DNA of 32,000 bases from Vibrio vulnificus CMCP6. Its GTDB lineage: Bacteria > Pseudomonadota > Gammaproteobacteria > Enterobacterales > Vibrionaceae. The notes under the pieces are model-generated. The model ran no database searches. It was not told the DNA's origin and was given only the letters and a program-made list of their open reading frames with translations. The position numbers were made by a program, and so were the translations under genes. This document shows positions 1-9,785 of the stretch, in pieces; position 1 is the stretch's first letter; each line of letters opens with the position of its first letter. The stretch covers positions 1,350,001 through 1,382,000 of the forward strand of contig NC_004459.3 in the NCBI RefSeq assembly GCF_000039765.1, read 5' to 3'.

Positions 1-1370
1 TTGCACGTATCGAGCACTTCTTTCACTTGCTCTGAAGGTTGCCAGTCACGTGGTAGCAATGGGCGCTTCGATGCCAATTCATTGGTCAAGAACGCGATTT
101 TGTCTTGTTCGCTCCAGTGATTGTAATCACCAATGCCTAAGTAACGTGTCAGTTCTGAAAGGACGTCAGCGTGACGGGTACTTTCTTGGCGAATGTCCAA
201 GCGAACCAGATGCACACCAAACGCTTTGACACGACGCAGTGTATCGAGTAGTGAGCCTTCGGCGATCATGCTCATGCCACATTCGCGTAGTGACTGATAA
301 CAAGCGAAAAGAGGATCCCAAAGTTGCTCAACACTTTGCAGCGGCGCTTTTACTGCCAGCTTCTGGCCGTTAATTTTCGCATCCAGGATCTCTTTGGTAT
401 CACTCAGCAGCGTGCGCAGTTGTTTCAGGATGGCACGATAAGGCTCGTGTTCATCTTCACCTGCCAATTGACGAACGGTGTCATTGCACTTGGTCATTGA
501 CAGCTCGCTGATCAACTCATTGATGTCTTTGAGGTAAAGATCCGCCGCTTTCCAGCGCGAGAGTAGCAACACTTCACGTGTCACAGTATGGGTCACAAAC
601 GGGTTGCCATCTCGGTCACCACCCATCCAAGATGAGAAGTGAACAGGGCGAGCATCAATTGGCAAGCCTTGGTCTAGATAGTCTTTGAGCTTTTCATCGA
701 GTTCGCGTAGAAAATCTGGCACTGCTTCCCAGAGTGAATTTTCCACTACGGCAAACCCCCACTTCGCTTCATCGAGTGGTGTTGGGCGCTGTTTGCGAAT
801 CACGTCTGAGTGCCAGCTTTGTGCGATAAGTTGCTCGAGGCGTTTTTCTGTCTTGTGGCGCTCTTTGTAAGAAAGATCGCTCAGCTCTAACTTAGACAGG
901 CATTCGTTGATTTTGACCAGTTTATTGATCATGGTGCGGCGCGTGATTTCCGTCGGGTGCGCAGTCAGCACCAGTTCAATGTTCAATTCACGAATCGCTT
1001 GGGCGGTATCGAGTTTATTGATGCCGTTTTGACCAAGCTTAGCAAACAGCGTATTGATCGCATCCGGCTCACACACGTGTGCATCGCAATGGCGAGAGAT
1101 GGTGTGGTATTGCTCGGCAATGTTGGTCAAATTCAGAAATTGGTTAAAAGCGCGAGCCACCGGGGTGAGTTGCTCATCTGGCAGGCTTTTGATTTCTTCA
1201 ATCAGGTTGTTACGATCAGCCTGATTGCCTGCGCGGGCAGATTTGGAGAGCTTACGAATGGTCTCCACCTTCTCTAAGATTTCGTCGCCATGGGCCTCTT
1301 GAATGGTGTTACCCAATAAGTGCCCCAACATGCTGACATTACTCTTGAGCGCGGCGTATTTCTCGTTCAT
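1..1370 (-). CDS. ppc: phosphoenolpyruvate carboxylase, N-terminal part (C-terminus lies beyond the window start)
   Basis: Reverse-strand translation from CAT at 1368-1370 gives [48 protein letters not shown]...[19 protein letters not shown], typical of Ppc. It is open to position 1 and is absent from the ORF track, probably because it is truncated. Confidence 0.95.
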   Translation of the reverse strand, partial: MNEKYAALKSNVSMLGHLLGNTIQEAHGDEILEKVETIRKLSKSARAGNQADRNNLIEEIKSLPDEQLTPVARAFNQFLNLTNIAEQYHTISRHCDAHVCEPDAINTLFAKLGQNGINKLDTAQAIRELNIELVLTAHPTEITRRTMINKLVKINECLSKLELSDLSYKERHKTEKRLEQLIAQSWHSDVIRKQRPTPLDEAKWGFAVVENSLWEAVPDFLRELDEKLKDYLDQGLPIDARPVHFSSWMGGDRDGNPFVTHTVTREVLLLSRWKAADLYLKDINELISELSMTKCNDTVRQLAGEDEHEPYRAILKQLRTLLSDTKEILDAKINGQKLAVKAPLQSVEQLWDPLFACYQSLRECGMSMIAEGSLLDTLRRVKAFGVHLVRLDIRQESTRHADVLSELTRYLGIGDYNHWSEQDKIAFLTNELASKRPLLPRDWQPSEQVKEVLDTC

Positions 1371-1553
1371 TGTCATCCTGCCTCGTAAAAAAATTACATC
1401 CATTGTTCCTTGTTAAGCCACCAATCTAGCGAAATTTAATATATTTAGTCAAATAAAGCAGACTAAGTTTGCAAATATTCGCTCGCTGTTCTGACTTAAA
1501 GCAAAGTATTGCTTTGTAAATAAACGATATTGAAAATTTATTACAATTTATAA

Positions 1554-1580
1554 GGCAGAGTGGCGCAAGGCAACTCTGCC
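1554..1580 (-). terminator. candidate terminator hairpin downstream of argE
   Basis: Inverted repeat GGCAGAGT...ACTCTGCC, 8-bp arms and 11-nt loop, just past the argE stop. The following U-tract is weak. Confidence 0.4.
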
Positions 1581-1589
1581 GACATGCAG

Positions 1590-2726
1590 CTAAAAACAGT
1601 ATTTGCGCATTGCTTTACTAAGCACGTCAATCGTCGGGTCGATAAAGTCAAACGCCAAGAACTCATCTGGCTGGTGAGCTTGGTCGATAGATCCCGGACC
1701 CAGCACCAGTGTGGGGCAGAGCTGCTGCAAAAATGGCGCTTCGGTACAGTAGTTCACGGTTTGTGATGGTGTACCACAGAGCTCTTCTATGCCATGAATA
1801 AATGGATGATCATGTTGGCACTCGTAACCTGGGATTGGCTCGTGCAGTGGCACGATCTCAATCCGTCCCGGCCATTTTGCTTCCACCTCTTTGAGTGCCC
1901 CACGCAACAGATTATCCAAACCGTCGAGGCTAATGCCAGGAAGAGGTCTTACGTCATAATGCAACTCGCAGCAACCGCAGATGCGGTTGGCACTATCGCC
2001 CCCATGAATATGGCCAAGGTTAAGAGTGGGAGATGGGATAGCAAATCCGGGATTGTGATACTGCTTGATTAACGTATCACGCAGTTGCATCAGCGCGAAC
2101 AGGACTTCATGCATGATCTCGATGGCATTGACCCCTAATGATGGATCAGAGGAGTGGCCCGATTTCCCTGTGACCCGCACGACATTGGCGACATGGCCTT
2201 TGTGCCCACGAACAGGCACTAAACTCGTTGGCTCGCCAATGATGCAGTAGTCAGGTTTAAAGGGGGTATGCGCACTAAAGTGGCGCGCACCGAGCATGGT
2301 GGTCTCTTCATCACACGTCGCCAGCACATAAAGGGGTTTATTTTGTCCTTTCCAATCCATGCGTTTGGCGGCTTCATAAATAAAAGCAAAAAAGCCTTTC
2401 ATGTCAGCGGTGCCTAAACCATAGAACTTGTTGTCTTTCTCGGTGAGTTGGTGAGGGTCAAAGCTCCAACGGCCTTGATCAAAAGGCACCGTATCACTGT
2501 GTCCAGCCAACAGTAGGCCACCCTCTCCCTGACCTTTCTGTGCCAATAAATTGTATTTACCCGGTTCGACTTCGGTGACGTCCACATCAAAGCCCAATGC
2601 CGCAAACCAATCGGAGAGCTTTTCGATCACCGCCTGGTTGCCTTGATCCCAACTTGGGTCGCTAGAGCTGATGGATGAGGTGGAAATTAAGCCACGGTAA
2701 ACATCAAGAAAACTCGGTAATTGCAT
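1590..2726 (-). CDS. argE: acetylornithine deacetylase
   Basis: 378-aa ORF with M20-peptidase motifs ([43 protein letters not shown]), divergent from argC. Confidence 0.95.
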   Translation of the reverse strand: MQLPSFLDVYRGLISTSSISSSDPSWDQGNQAVIEKLSDWFAALGFDVDVTEVEPGKYNLLAQKGQGEGGLLLAGHSDTVPFDQGRWSFDPHQLTEKDNKFYGLGTADMKGFFAFIYEAAKRMDWKGQNKPLYVLATCDEETTMLGARHFSAHTPFKPDYCIIGEPTSLVPVRGHKGHVANVVRVTGKSGHSSDPSLGVNAIEIMHEVLFALMQLRDTLIKQYHNPGFAIPSPTLNLGHIHGGDSANRICGCCELHYDVRPLPGISLDGLDNLLRGALKEVEAKWPGRIEIVPLHEPIPGYECQHDHPFIHGIEELCGTPSQTVNYCTEAPFLQQLCPTLVLGPGSIDQAHQPDEFLAFDFIDPTIDVLSKAMRKYCF

Positions 2727-2771
2727 AGATTATTCACTTCCCCTGTTGACAGTTGGGTAACAAAAAGGTAA

Positions 2772-2810
2772 AACACATATTAACTCATATTTAATGAATA
2801 AAAAATCAAT
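2772..2810. promoter_or_regulatory. candidate pair of ArgR-binding ARG boxes in the argE/argC divergent promoter
   Basis: AACACATATTAACTCATA (2772-2789), 3-bp spacer, AATGAATAAAAAATCAAT (2793-2810). These resemble the 18-bp ARG box consensus (AATGAATAATTATTCATA-like) with the canonical 3-bp spacing. Confidence 0.55.
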
Positions 2811-2874
2811 ATAAAGTAATTTTTAAATATGAATAGTCACTTTTACGCTTTCTTAAGTTTACGGATGTACTGAG

Positions 2875-3879
2875 ATGTTAAAAACCACAATCATAGGTGC
2901 CAGCGGTTACACAGGCGCTGAATTGGCACTGATGGTAGAGAAACACCCAGAGCTCACGCTAGCAGGTTTGTATGTATCCGCCAATAGCACTGATGCGGGC
3001 AAGTGCATTTCTCAACTGCATGGCAAACTTGCGGGTGTGATTGAAATGCCCGTGTTGCCGCTAACGGATCCGCTCGGGGTAGCCCAAGACTCGGATGTGA
3101 TCTTTTTAGCGACGGCACATGAAGTCAGCCATGACCTTGCTCCGCTCTTTTTGCAGCAAGGTTGTCAGGTGTTTGATCTCTCAGGTGCATTCCGTGTGAA
3201 AGGGGATGATTTCTATACTCAGTTTTACGGCTTTGCGCACCAGCACAGTGAGTGGTTGGACAAAGCGGCATATGGTTTGGCTGAGTGGAATGAAGAAGCC
3301 ATTAAAGCCAGTCAATTGGTGGCGGTCGCAGGGTGTTACACCACAGCGGCACAATTGGCAATTAAGCCGTTGCTGATCTCTCAGTTAGTGGATACCAATC
3401 AATGGCCGGTAATTAACGCCACCAGTGGTGTCTCTGGAGCAGGACGTAAAGCGTCGATGACCAATAGCTTTTGTGAAGTCAGCTTACAGCCTTATGGCAT
3501 TTTTAATCACAGACACCAACCGGAAATCGTTCACCATCTTGGCTGTGATGTGATCTTCACGCCTCACCTTGGCAACTTCAAACGTGGCATTTTGGCGACG
3601 ATCACCATGAAGTTGCAGGATGGTGTGACGAAAGAACAAGTTGCGCACGCTTTTGCGCAAGCCTATGACAGAAAACCTGCGGTGCGCCTCAAAGGGGATG
3701 TTATTCCACGCATTCAGGATGTCGAATTTACCCCATTCTGCGATCTTGGCTGGAGGGTTCAAGGTCAACACATCATCGTGATTTCGGCCATCGATAACCT
3801 ATTAAAAGGGGCATCGAGCCAAGCGATGCAGTGCCTAAATATTCACTACGGTTTTTCACCACTAACAGCCTTGCTGTAA
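2875..3879 (+). CDS. argC: N-acetyl-gamma-glutamyl-phosphate reductase
   Basis: 334-aa [29 protein letters not shown]..., with [12 protein letters not shown] active-site region. Confidence 0.96.
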
Positions 3880-3901
3880 CGCTTTGGGTAAGGAAAAGAA
3901 G

Positions 3902-4693
3902 ATGACACAACCAAGCTTAAATCCTCTTGTAATCAAATTAGGTGGTGCGGCGCTATCGTGCAGCCAAACCTTGAGCCAACTATTTGGAGCCATTGCCAGC
4001 TACCAACAAAAAGAGCAGCGACAAATCGTGATTGTGCACGGTGGCGGTTACCTGGTGGATGAGCTGATGGAAAAGTTACAACTTCCGACAGTGAAGAAAA
4101 ACGGTTTACGTGTAACACCTTACGATCAAATTCCGCTGATTGCAGGCGCGCTCGCAGGAACAGCGAACAAATTGCTACAAGGACAAGCGATGGCGGATGG
4201 TCTGAATGCCATTGGATTAAGCCTTGCCGACGGTGGCTTATGTCAGGTTGAAGAGTTGGATCCAGAGCTCGGAGCGGTGGGCAAAGCGACGCCAGGAGAT
4301 TCAAGCCTGCTGCAAACGATTTTGAACGCAGGTGCCTTACCGATCATCAGCTCAATTGGTTTAACAGCGCAGGGGCAGCTCATGAACGTCAACGCTGATC
4401 AAGCCGCCGTTGCAGTGGCTGGGGCATTAGATGCGCAACTGGTCCTTCTGTCTGATGTGAGTGGGGTGCTCGATGGCAAAGGACACTTAATTAAGAGCTT
4501 AAACCAACAAGAAGCCGATGCCTTGATTGCCGGTAAGGTGATTACCGATGGCATGATTGTCAAAGTCCAAGCAGCCTTAGAAGCCGCAAACGATTTAGGG
4601 CGAGCGATTGAAGTCGCAACTTGGCGCTATCCAGAGAATCTGGAAAAACTGTTTGCCGGAGAAAGTATCGGTACCCAGTTTTTACCAGCATAA
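3902..4693 (+). CDS. argB: acetylglutamate kinase
   Basis: [19 protein letters not shown]...[20 protein letters not shown] at 3902 follows AAGGA. The track start at 3884 is upstream of this start. Confidence 0.94.
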   Translation: MTQPSLNPLVIKLGGAALSCSQTLSQLFGAIASYQQKEQRQIVIVHGGGYLVDELMEKLQLPTVKKNGLRVTPYDQIPLIAGALAGTANKLLQGQAMADGLNAIGLSLADGGLCQVEELDPELGAVGKATPGDSSLLQTILNAGALPIISSIGLTAQGQLMNVNADQAAVAVAGALDAQLVLLSDVSGVLDGKGHLIKSLNQQEADALIAGKVITDGMIVKVQAALEAANDLGRAIEVATWRYPENLEKLFAGESIGTQFLPA

Positions 4694-4781
4694 CTATTTG
4701 AATGAAAAAGTTAACTCAACAAGATTAAGAAGTCGTATGGCACTGACCGCCGAGTGCAGGCCAGACAAATGGAGAATGGAA

Positions 4782-5993
4782 ATGAGCAAATTAAATGTCA
4801 ATAAAGTGGTTGTCGCTTACTCAGGCGGTTTGGATACGTCAGTGATCATTCCTTGGTTAAAAGAGAACTACGATTGTGAAGTGGTGGCCTTTGTTGCTGA
4901 TGTGGGTCAGGGCGAAGAAGAGCTTGTCGGTATTGAAGAGAAAGCCAAAGCTTCTGGTGCCTCAGAATGTTATGTCGTCGATCTGAAAGAAGAATTGGTC
5001 GCTGACTACATCTACCCAACACTGAAAACGGGCGCTTACTATGAAGGCAAATACCTCTTGGGGACGTCTATGGCGCGCCCGGTGATTGCCAAAGCACAAG
5101 TTGAAATTGCCCGTAAAGTGGGGGCTGATGCATTGTGTCACGGCTGTACTGGTAAAGGGAATGACCAAGTGCGTTTTGAAGGCGCCTTCGCCGCATTGGC
5201 CCCTGATCTGAAAGTGATTGCGCCTTGGCGTGAATGGGATCTTGTGAGTCGTGAGCAGTGTTTAGACTACTTGGCTGAGCGCAACATTCCTTGTGCTGCC
5301 TCGTTGACCAAAATCTATTCTCGTGACGCGAATGCGTGGCATATCTCTACGGAGGGTGGCGTACTAGAAAGTACCTGGAATGCACCGAATGAAGATTGCT
5401 GGGTATGGACCGTCGATCCAGAGCAAGCGCCGAATGAAGCGGAATACGTTACCCTGCAAGTTGAAAAAGGTGAAGTTGTGGCCGTGGATGGTGAGCAAAT
5501 GACGCCGTACAACGCGCTGGTTTACTTGAACGAAAAAGGGGCGAAACACGGTGTTGGTCGTATCGACATTGTAGAAAACCGTCTAGTTGGTATGAAGTCT
5601 CGTGGTTGTTATGAAACCCCAGGGGGCACCATTATGATGGAAGCGCTGCGTGCGGTTGAGCAGTTGGTGCTGGACAAAACCTCTTTTGAGTTCCGTGAAG
5701 AACTGGGTTTAAAAGCGTCTCACCTTGTCTATGATGGTCGCTGGTTCACACCACTGCGTAAATCGATCATGGCTGCGGCAGATGAATTGGCGCAGGATGT
5801 CAATGGTGAAGTCGTGGTGAAGCTGTATAAAGGCATGGCAACAGTGACACAGAAACGCTCTGAAAACAGCTTGTATTCCGAAGCGTTTGCAACCTTTGGT
5901 GAAGATGAAGTGTACGATCAAAGCCACGCAGGCGGCTTTATCCGCCTTTACTCACTTTCTAGCCGAATTCGCGCACTCAATAGCCAGAAATAA
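4782..5993 (+). CDS. argG: argininosuccinate synthase
   Basis: [30 protein letters not shown]..., 403 aa. The track ORF starts at 4608, but homology to the family begins at about ATG 4782. Confidence 0.95.
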   Translation: MSKLNVNKVVVAYSGGLDTSVIIPWLKENYDCEVVAFVADVGQGEEELVGIEEKAKASGASECYVVDLKEELVADYIYPTLKTGAYYEGKYLLGTSMARPVIAKAQVEIARKVGADALCHGCTGKGNDQVRFEGAFAALAPDLKVIAPWREWDLVSREQCLDYLAERNIPCAASLTKIYSRDANAWHISTEGGVLESTWNAPNEDCWVWTVDPEQAPNEAEYVTLQVEKGEVVAVDGEQMTPYNALVYLNEKGAKHGVGRIDIVENRLVGMKSRGCYETPGGTIMMEALRAVEQLVLDKTSFEFREELGLKASHLVYDGRWFTPLRKSIMAAADELAQDVNGEVVVKLYKGMATVTQKRSENSLYSEAFATFGEDEVYDQSHAGGFIRLYSLSSRIRALNSQK

Positions 5994-6012
5994 CCAGCGC
6001 GGTTATTGTTGA

Positions 6013-6056
6013 ATACAAGAAAGGCTCAGCAGACATCTGCTGAGCCTTTCTTGTAT
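6013..6056 (+). terminator. Rho-independent terminator-like perfect inverted repeat after argG
   Basis: ATACAAGAAAGGCTCAGCAGA-CA-TCTGCTGAGCCTTTCTTGTAT: 21-bp perfect arms and a 2-nt centre. Confidence 0.8.
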
Positions 6057-6075
6057 GGGAGGCTTAAAAATTATT

Positions 6076-6114
6076 CATGAATAAATATGTAAAAATAATG
6101 AATTTATACTTTAT
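6076..6114. promoter_or_regulatory. candidate pair of ARG boxes upstream of argH
   Basis: CATGAATAAATATGTAAA (6076-6093), 3-bp spacer, AATGAATTTATACTTTAT (6097-6114), in the argG-argH intergenic region. Confidence 0.55.
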
Positions 6115-6233
6115 TTTTTGGCGAGTTTGTCGTAACGTGGGCACATAACAATACCTGCATTCCTTACCATGAATGGGTAAGGGATCGAGCAACACACTTA
6201 CACCGGTTAGCAATAGTCATCAGGAGAGACGCA

Positions 6234-8108
6234 ATGGCATTATGGGGCGGAAGATTTACCCAAGCGGCAGATACCAGGTTCAAAGATTTTAACGATTCGC
6301 TTCGCTTTGATTACCGACTGGCCGAGCAAGACATTGTCGGCTCTATTGCTTGGTCTAAGGCGTTGTTGTCAGTCAATGTACTGAGTAAAGAAGAGCAGCA
6401 AAAACTGGAGTTTGCGCTGAACGAATTGAAACTTGAGGTGATGGAAGATCCGCATCAAATTCTTCACTCCGATGCAGAAGATATTCATTCGTGGGTTGAA
6501 CAACAACTGATTGGAAAAGTGGGTGACCTGGGTAAAAAGCTTCATACTGGTCGCTCGCGCAACGACCAAGTCGCCACAGACCTGAAATTATGGTGTCGCC
6601 AGCAAGGGCATCAGCTGCTGTTAGGATTGGATAAATTGCAGACGCAAATGGTGAATGTGGCAAAACAGCACCAAGCCACGGTCCTGCCGGGTTATACCCA
6701 TTTACAACGCGCTCAACCGGTGACGTTTGCACATTGGTGCTTGGCCTATGTGGAAATGTTTGAGCGTGACTATTCGAGATTGAGCGATGCACTGACTCGT
6801 CTTGACACCTGCCCGTTAGGTTCAGGAGCGTTAGCGGGCACCGCGTATCCGATTGATCGTGAGCAATTGGCACAGGATTTGGGTTTCCGTCGTGCGACAC
6901 GCAACTCACTGGATTCGGTCTCTGATCGCGATCATGTGATGGAGTTGATGTCAGTTGCTTCGATCTCCATGTTGCATTTATCTCGTCTTGCGGAAGACAT
7001 GATTTTCTACAACTCTGGCGAGTCGGGCTTTATTGAGTTAGCCGATACGGTGACTTCAGGATCGTCCTTGATGCCACAAAAGAAAAACCCTGATGCGCTA
7101 GAACTGATCCGTGGCAAAACGGGCCGCGTGTATGGCTCTCTTGCGGGCATGATGATGACGGTAAAAGCCTTACCACTGGCGTACAACAAAGACATGCAAG
7201 AAGACAAAGAAGGGCTGTTTGATGCTCTTGATACTTGGAACGATTGCATGGAGATGGCAGCGCTTTGTTTTGATGGGATTAAAGTCAATGGAGAGCGTAC
7301 GCTTGAAGCGGCGAAACAAGGTTACGCCAACTCGACGGAACTGGCCGATTACTTGGTGGCCAAAGGGATCCCATTCCGCGAAGCACACCACATTGTTGGT
7401 GTTGCGGTGGTCGGGGCTATTGCACAAGGCTGTGCGCTTGAAGAGCTATCGCTTGAGCAATTGCAATCTTTCTCTCCCGTGATTGAAGCCGATGTTTACC
7501 AAATTCTGACCATAGAGTCGTGTCTTGAAAAGCGCAGTGCGTTAGGTGGGGTATCACCAAAGCAAGTGGCGTATGCGGTTGAACAAGCGGATAAGCGCCT
7601 TGCTGCGCGTGATACGACGTTAGTTAAGGTACGTCCTGCTCGCATCACCGATATTGAAACTTTAGAGAGCATGGTGGCTTATTGGGCAAACCTAGGGGAA
7701 AATTTACCGCGTACACGCAGCGAGATTATCCGCGATATCGGTTTGTTTGCGGTGTCGGAACATCAAGGTCTGGTGACCGGCTGTGCATCCCTTTATATCT
7801 ACGATTCTGGTTTGGCAGAGATCCGCTCTTTAGGCATCGAAGCGGGTTGGCAGAGACAAGGTCAGGGAACGGCAGTGGTTCAGTATCTGATTGATAAAGC
7901 CAAAGACATGGCCATCAAAAAGCTGTTTGTGCTGACTCGTGCCCCTGAGTTCTTCCTGAAACAGAACTTCGTGCAAACCTCGAAGTCGCTGCTTCCTGAG
8001 AAAGTCTTGAAAGACTGCGATCAATGCCCACGACAGCATGCGTGTGACGAAGTCGCGCTCGAATTCAATCTAAGTGAGCAGATTATTTCTCAGGTTAAAG
8101 TTGCATAG
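6234..8108 (+). CDS. argH: argininosuccinate lyase fused to a C-terminal GNAT (ArgA-like) N-acetyltransferase domain
   Basis: 624 aa. The N-terminal part is ArgH ([49 protein letters not shown]). The tail from about residue 460 ([22 protein letters not shown]...[25 protein letters not shown]) has GNAT features. Confidence 0.95.
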   Translation: MALWGGRFTQAADTRFKDFNDSLRFDYRLAEQDIVGSIAWSKALLSVNVLSKEEQQKLEFALNELKLEVMEDPHQILHSDAEDIHSWVEQQLIGKVGDLGKKLHTGRSRNDQVATDLKLWCRQQGHQLLLGLDKLQTQMVNVAKQHQATVLPGYTHLQRAQPVTFAHWCLAYVEMFERDYSRLSDALTRLDTCPLGSGALAGTAYPIDREQLAQDLGFRRATRNSLDSVSDRDHVMELMSVASISMLHLSRLAEDMIFYNSGESGFIELADTVTSGSSLMPQKKNPDALELIRGKTGRVYGSLAGMMMTVKALPLAYNKDMQEDKEGLFDALDTWNDCMEMAALCFDGIKVNGERTLEAAKQGYANSTELADYLVAKGIPFREAHHIVGVAVVGAIAQGCALEELSLEQLQSFSPVIEADVYQILTIESCLEKRSALGGVSPKQVAYAVEQADKRLAARDTTLVKVRPARITDIETLESMVAYWANLGENLPRTRSEIIRDIGLFAVSEHQGLVTGCASLYIYDSGLAEIRSLGIEAGWQRQGQGTAVVQYLIDKAKDMAIKKLFVLTRAPEFFLKQNFVQTSKSLLPEKVLKDCDQCPRQHACDEVALEFNLSEQIISQVKVA

Positions 8109-8183
8109 CGTTTGTTTTCATTGGAAATTTAGTTCAGGCGATAAAAAAGATCAAAAAAGATCGTATTTTATGGGAACTATCAG

Positions 8184-8220
8184 AAAGCAGTGCAGTCTAT
8201 AAAGTTACCACTGCTTTTTC
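8184..8220 (+). terminator. candidate terminator downstream of argH
   Basis: AAAGCAGTG...CACTGCTTTTT: 9-bp stem with a long loop and T-run. Confidence 0.5.
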
Positions 8221-8238
8221 TTAGAAATATCTAGGAAG

Positions 8239-8267
8239 ACCCCGACACCGAGATTGGTAGCGGGGTT
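8239..8267. terminator. second candidate terminator between argH and the convergent DUF3624-like gene
   Basis: CCCCG...CGGGG stem followed by TTTTTTT. Confidence 0.55.
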
Positions 8268-8270
8268 TTT

Positions 8271-8543
8271 TTATTTCTGCTTATCACGCTGTTTTTCACT
8301 GAGTTTGCGAGCCTGCCAAGGCAAAATCACGTACTTCATCCATAAATGCAAAAAGAGCAAAAGGTTAAAAGCAAATCCGGCCACGATCAGGGCAATTGAT
8401 TCGATTGAGGTAGGGTTGTCTCTGAATGCGAACCACCAAATGATCCAGCATACAACGGACAACACGGTCAATTGATCGAGGCAGCGCTGGCATCGACCTA
8501 TCTTTTTCCAAAACCAGTGTTGAGAGCAATCGTTACATGACAT
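8271..8543 (-). CDS. small cysteine-containing membrane protein, DUF3624-like
   Basis: 90 aa from Met at 8543 (MSCNDCSQHWFWKKIGRCQRCLDQLTVLSVVCWIIWWF...), with an N-terminal CxxC/CxxC pattern and two hydrophobic segments. Family name is from memory. Confidence 0.7.
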   Translation of the reverse strand: MSCNDCSQHWFWKKIGRCQRCLDQLTVLSVVCWIIWWFAFRDNPTSIESIALIVAGFAFNLLLFLHLWMKYVILPWQARKLSEKQRDKQK

Positions 8544-8768
8544 GTGGTCAGTCCATGGATAAATTGAGTAAAGTTTCATGACAAAACCTGCCGCCTATTG
8601 GGTATAGTATAAAAGTAACGTACGGAAACTTAAGTACAATATGAAATAAAAACCGCTGTGAGGTGGTCGTTATTTGCTTGCGGCAAATTTCCTTTGTTCT
8701 GGCGTCGAGAGTGGGATGAAGATGAAACATCTCATCATTAAACACGACGAAAAATTTTGATAGTTATT

Positions 8769-8805
8769 AGAATCTGATGTTATGTTTTTGATAGCTATAT
8801 TCTAT
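8769..8805. promoter_or_regulatory. candidate OxyR autoregulatory site overlapping the oxyR 5' leader
   Basis: AGAA-N7-TTAT-N7-ATAG-N7-CTAT matches the spacing of the OxyR consensus ATAG-N7-CTAT-N7-ATAG-N7-CTAT. The two right-hand elements are exact, the second is 3/4 and the first is poor. Confidence 0.35.
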
Positions 8806-8815
8806 TGAGGTGGGT

Positions 8816-9715
8816 ATGAACATTCGCGATTTCGAATACCTAGTGGCTTTGGCAGAGCATAAACATTTCAGAAAAGCAGCTGAAGCGTGTTTCGTGAGTC
8901 AACCAACACTAAGCGGACAAATTCGTAAACTGGAAGAAGAGATAGGGACAACGCTACTTGAGCGCAGCAGTCGTCGAGTGCTTTTTACCGATGCTGGTTT
9001 GCAACTTGTTGAGCAGGCAAAAAATATTCTCAAAGAGGTCAAAACCTTTAAAGAGATGGCAAGTGGTCAAAGTGGGGCGATGACAGGGCCGATGCATATT
9101 GGCTTTATTCCAACGCTGGGCCCTTATTTATTGCCAAAAATTGTACCTCAACTCAAAGAGCGTTTCCCTGAGCTGGAGCTGTTTTTGCACGAAGCACAAA
9201 CACAACAGTTAGTGCGACAGCTCGAAGATGGCAAACTCGATTGCTTAGTACTGGCGTCGGTAGCAGAGACTGAACCATTTAAAGAAATTGAAGTGTATAA
9301 CGAACCATTAAGTGTTGCGGTGCCATGCCATCATGAATGGGCTGCGCTCGAACAGCTGGATATGTTAGAGCTCAATGGAAAAACCGTATTAGCGCTTGGG
9401 GATGGTCATTGCCTTCGCGATCAGGCGTTAGGATTTTGTTTTGCGGCAGGTGCTCGTGATGATGAACGCTTTAAAGCGACCAGCTTGGAAACCTTGCGCA
9501 ATATGGTCGCTGCAGGGGCTGGGATTACCTTGCTGCCAGAGCTCTCGGTACCAAAAGAGAAGCAAAAAGATGGCGTGTGTTATATCAAAGCGGTCAATCC
9601 GGTGCCTTCGAGAACGATCGTGGTGGTTTATCGCCCAGGCTCTCCGCTGCGTGCGCGTTTTGAGCAGTTGGCGGCAACCATCAAAGAGCTGCTCGTGAGC
9701 GGTTCAGAGCAGTAA
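8816..9715 (+). CDS. oxyR: LysR-family hydrogen peroxide-sensing transcriptional activator OxyR
   Basis: MNIRDFEYLVALAEHKHFRKAAEACFVSQPTLSGQIRKLEEEIG, with the redox cysteine region GDGHCLRDQALGFCFAAGA. Confidence 0.95.
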   Translation: MNIRDFEYLVALAEHKHFRKAAEACFVSQPTLSGQIRKLEEEIGTTLLERSSRRVLFTDAGLQLVEQAKNILKEVKTFKEMASGQSGAMTGPMHIGFIPTLGPYLLPKIVPQLKERFPELELFLHEAQTQQLVRQLEDGKLDCLVLASVAETEPFKEIEVYNEPLSVAVPCHHEWAALEQLDMLELNGKTVLALGDGHCLRDQALGFCFAAGARDDERFKATSLETLRNMVAAGAGITLLPELSVPKEKQKDGVCYIKAVNPVPSRTIVVVYRPGSPLRARFEQLAATIKELLVSGSEQ

Positions 9716-9739
9716 TGTTTGTCTGCTCCGCCAATAAAT

Positions 9740-9767
9740 AAAAAGGTTGCCAAATGGCAACCTTTTT
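9740..9767. terminator. bidirectional Rho-independent terminator between convergent oxyR and mrcA
   Basis: AAAAAGGTTGCCA-AA-TGGCAACCTTTTTT. Confidence 0.85.
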
Positions 9768-9785
9768 TGTGTTTGACTGGCTAAC

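Noticed and set aside
6373-6909. 178-aa reverse-strand ORF opposite argH
   Set aside because: Lies entirely within argH on the opposite strand; the argH frame is strongly supported.
7219-7482. Several small ORFs inside argH, argG, mrcA, rpe and dnaB in other frames
   Set aside because: All overlap strongly supported housekeeping genes and have no independent family signal.
8254-8475. 73-aa + strand ORF in the argH-oxyR region
   Set aside because: Antisense to the DUF3624-like gene, starting within a terminator. The reverse-strand gene has a better start and Cys-pair/transmembrane features.
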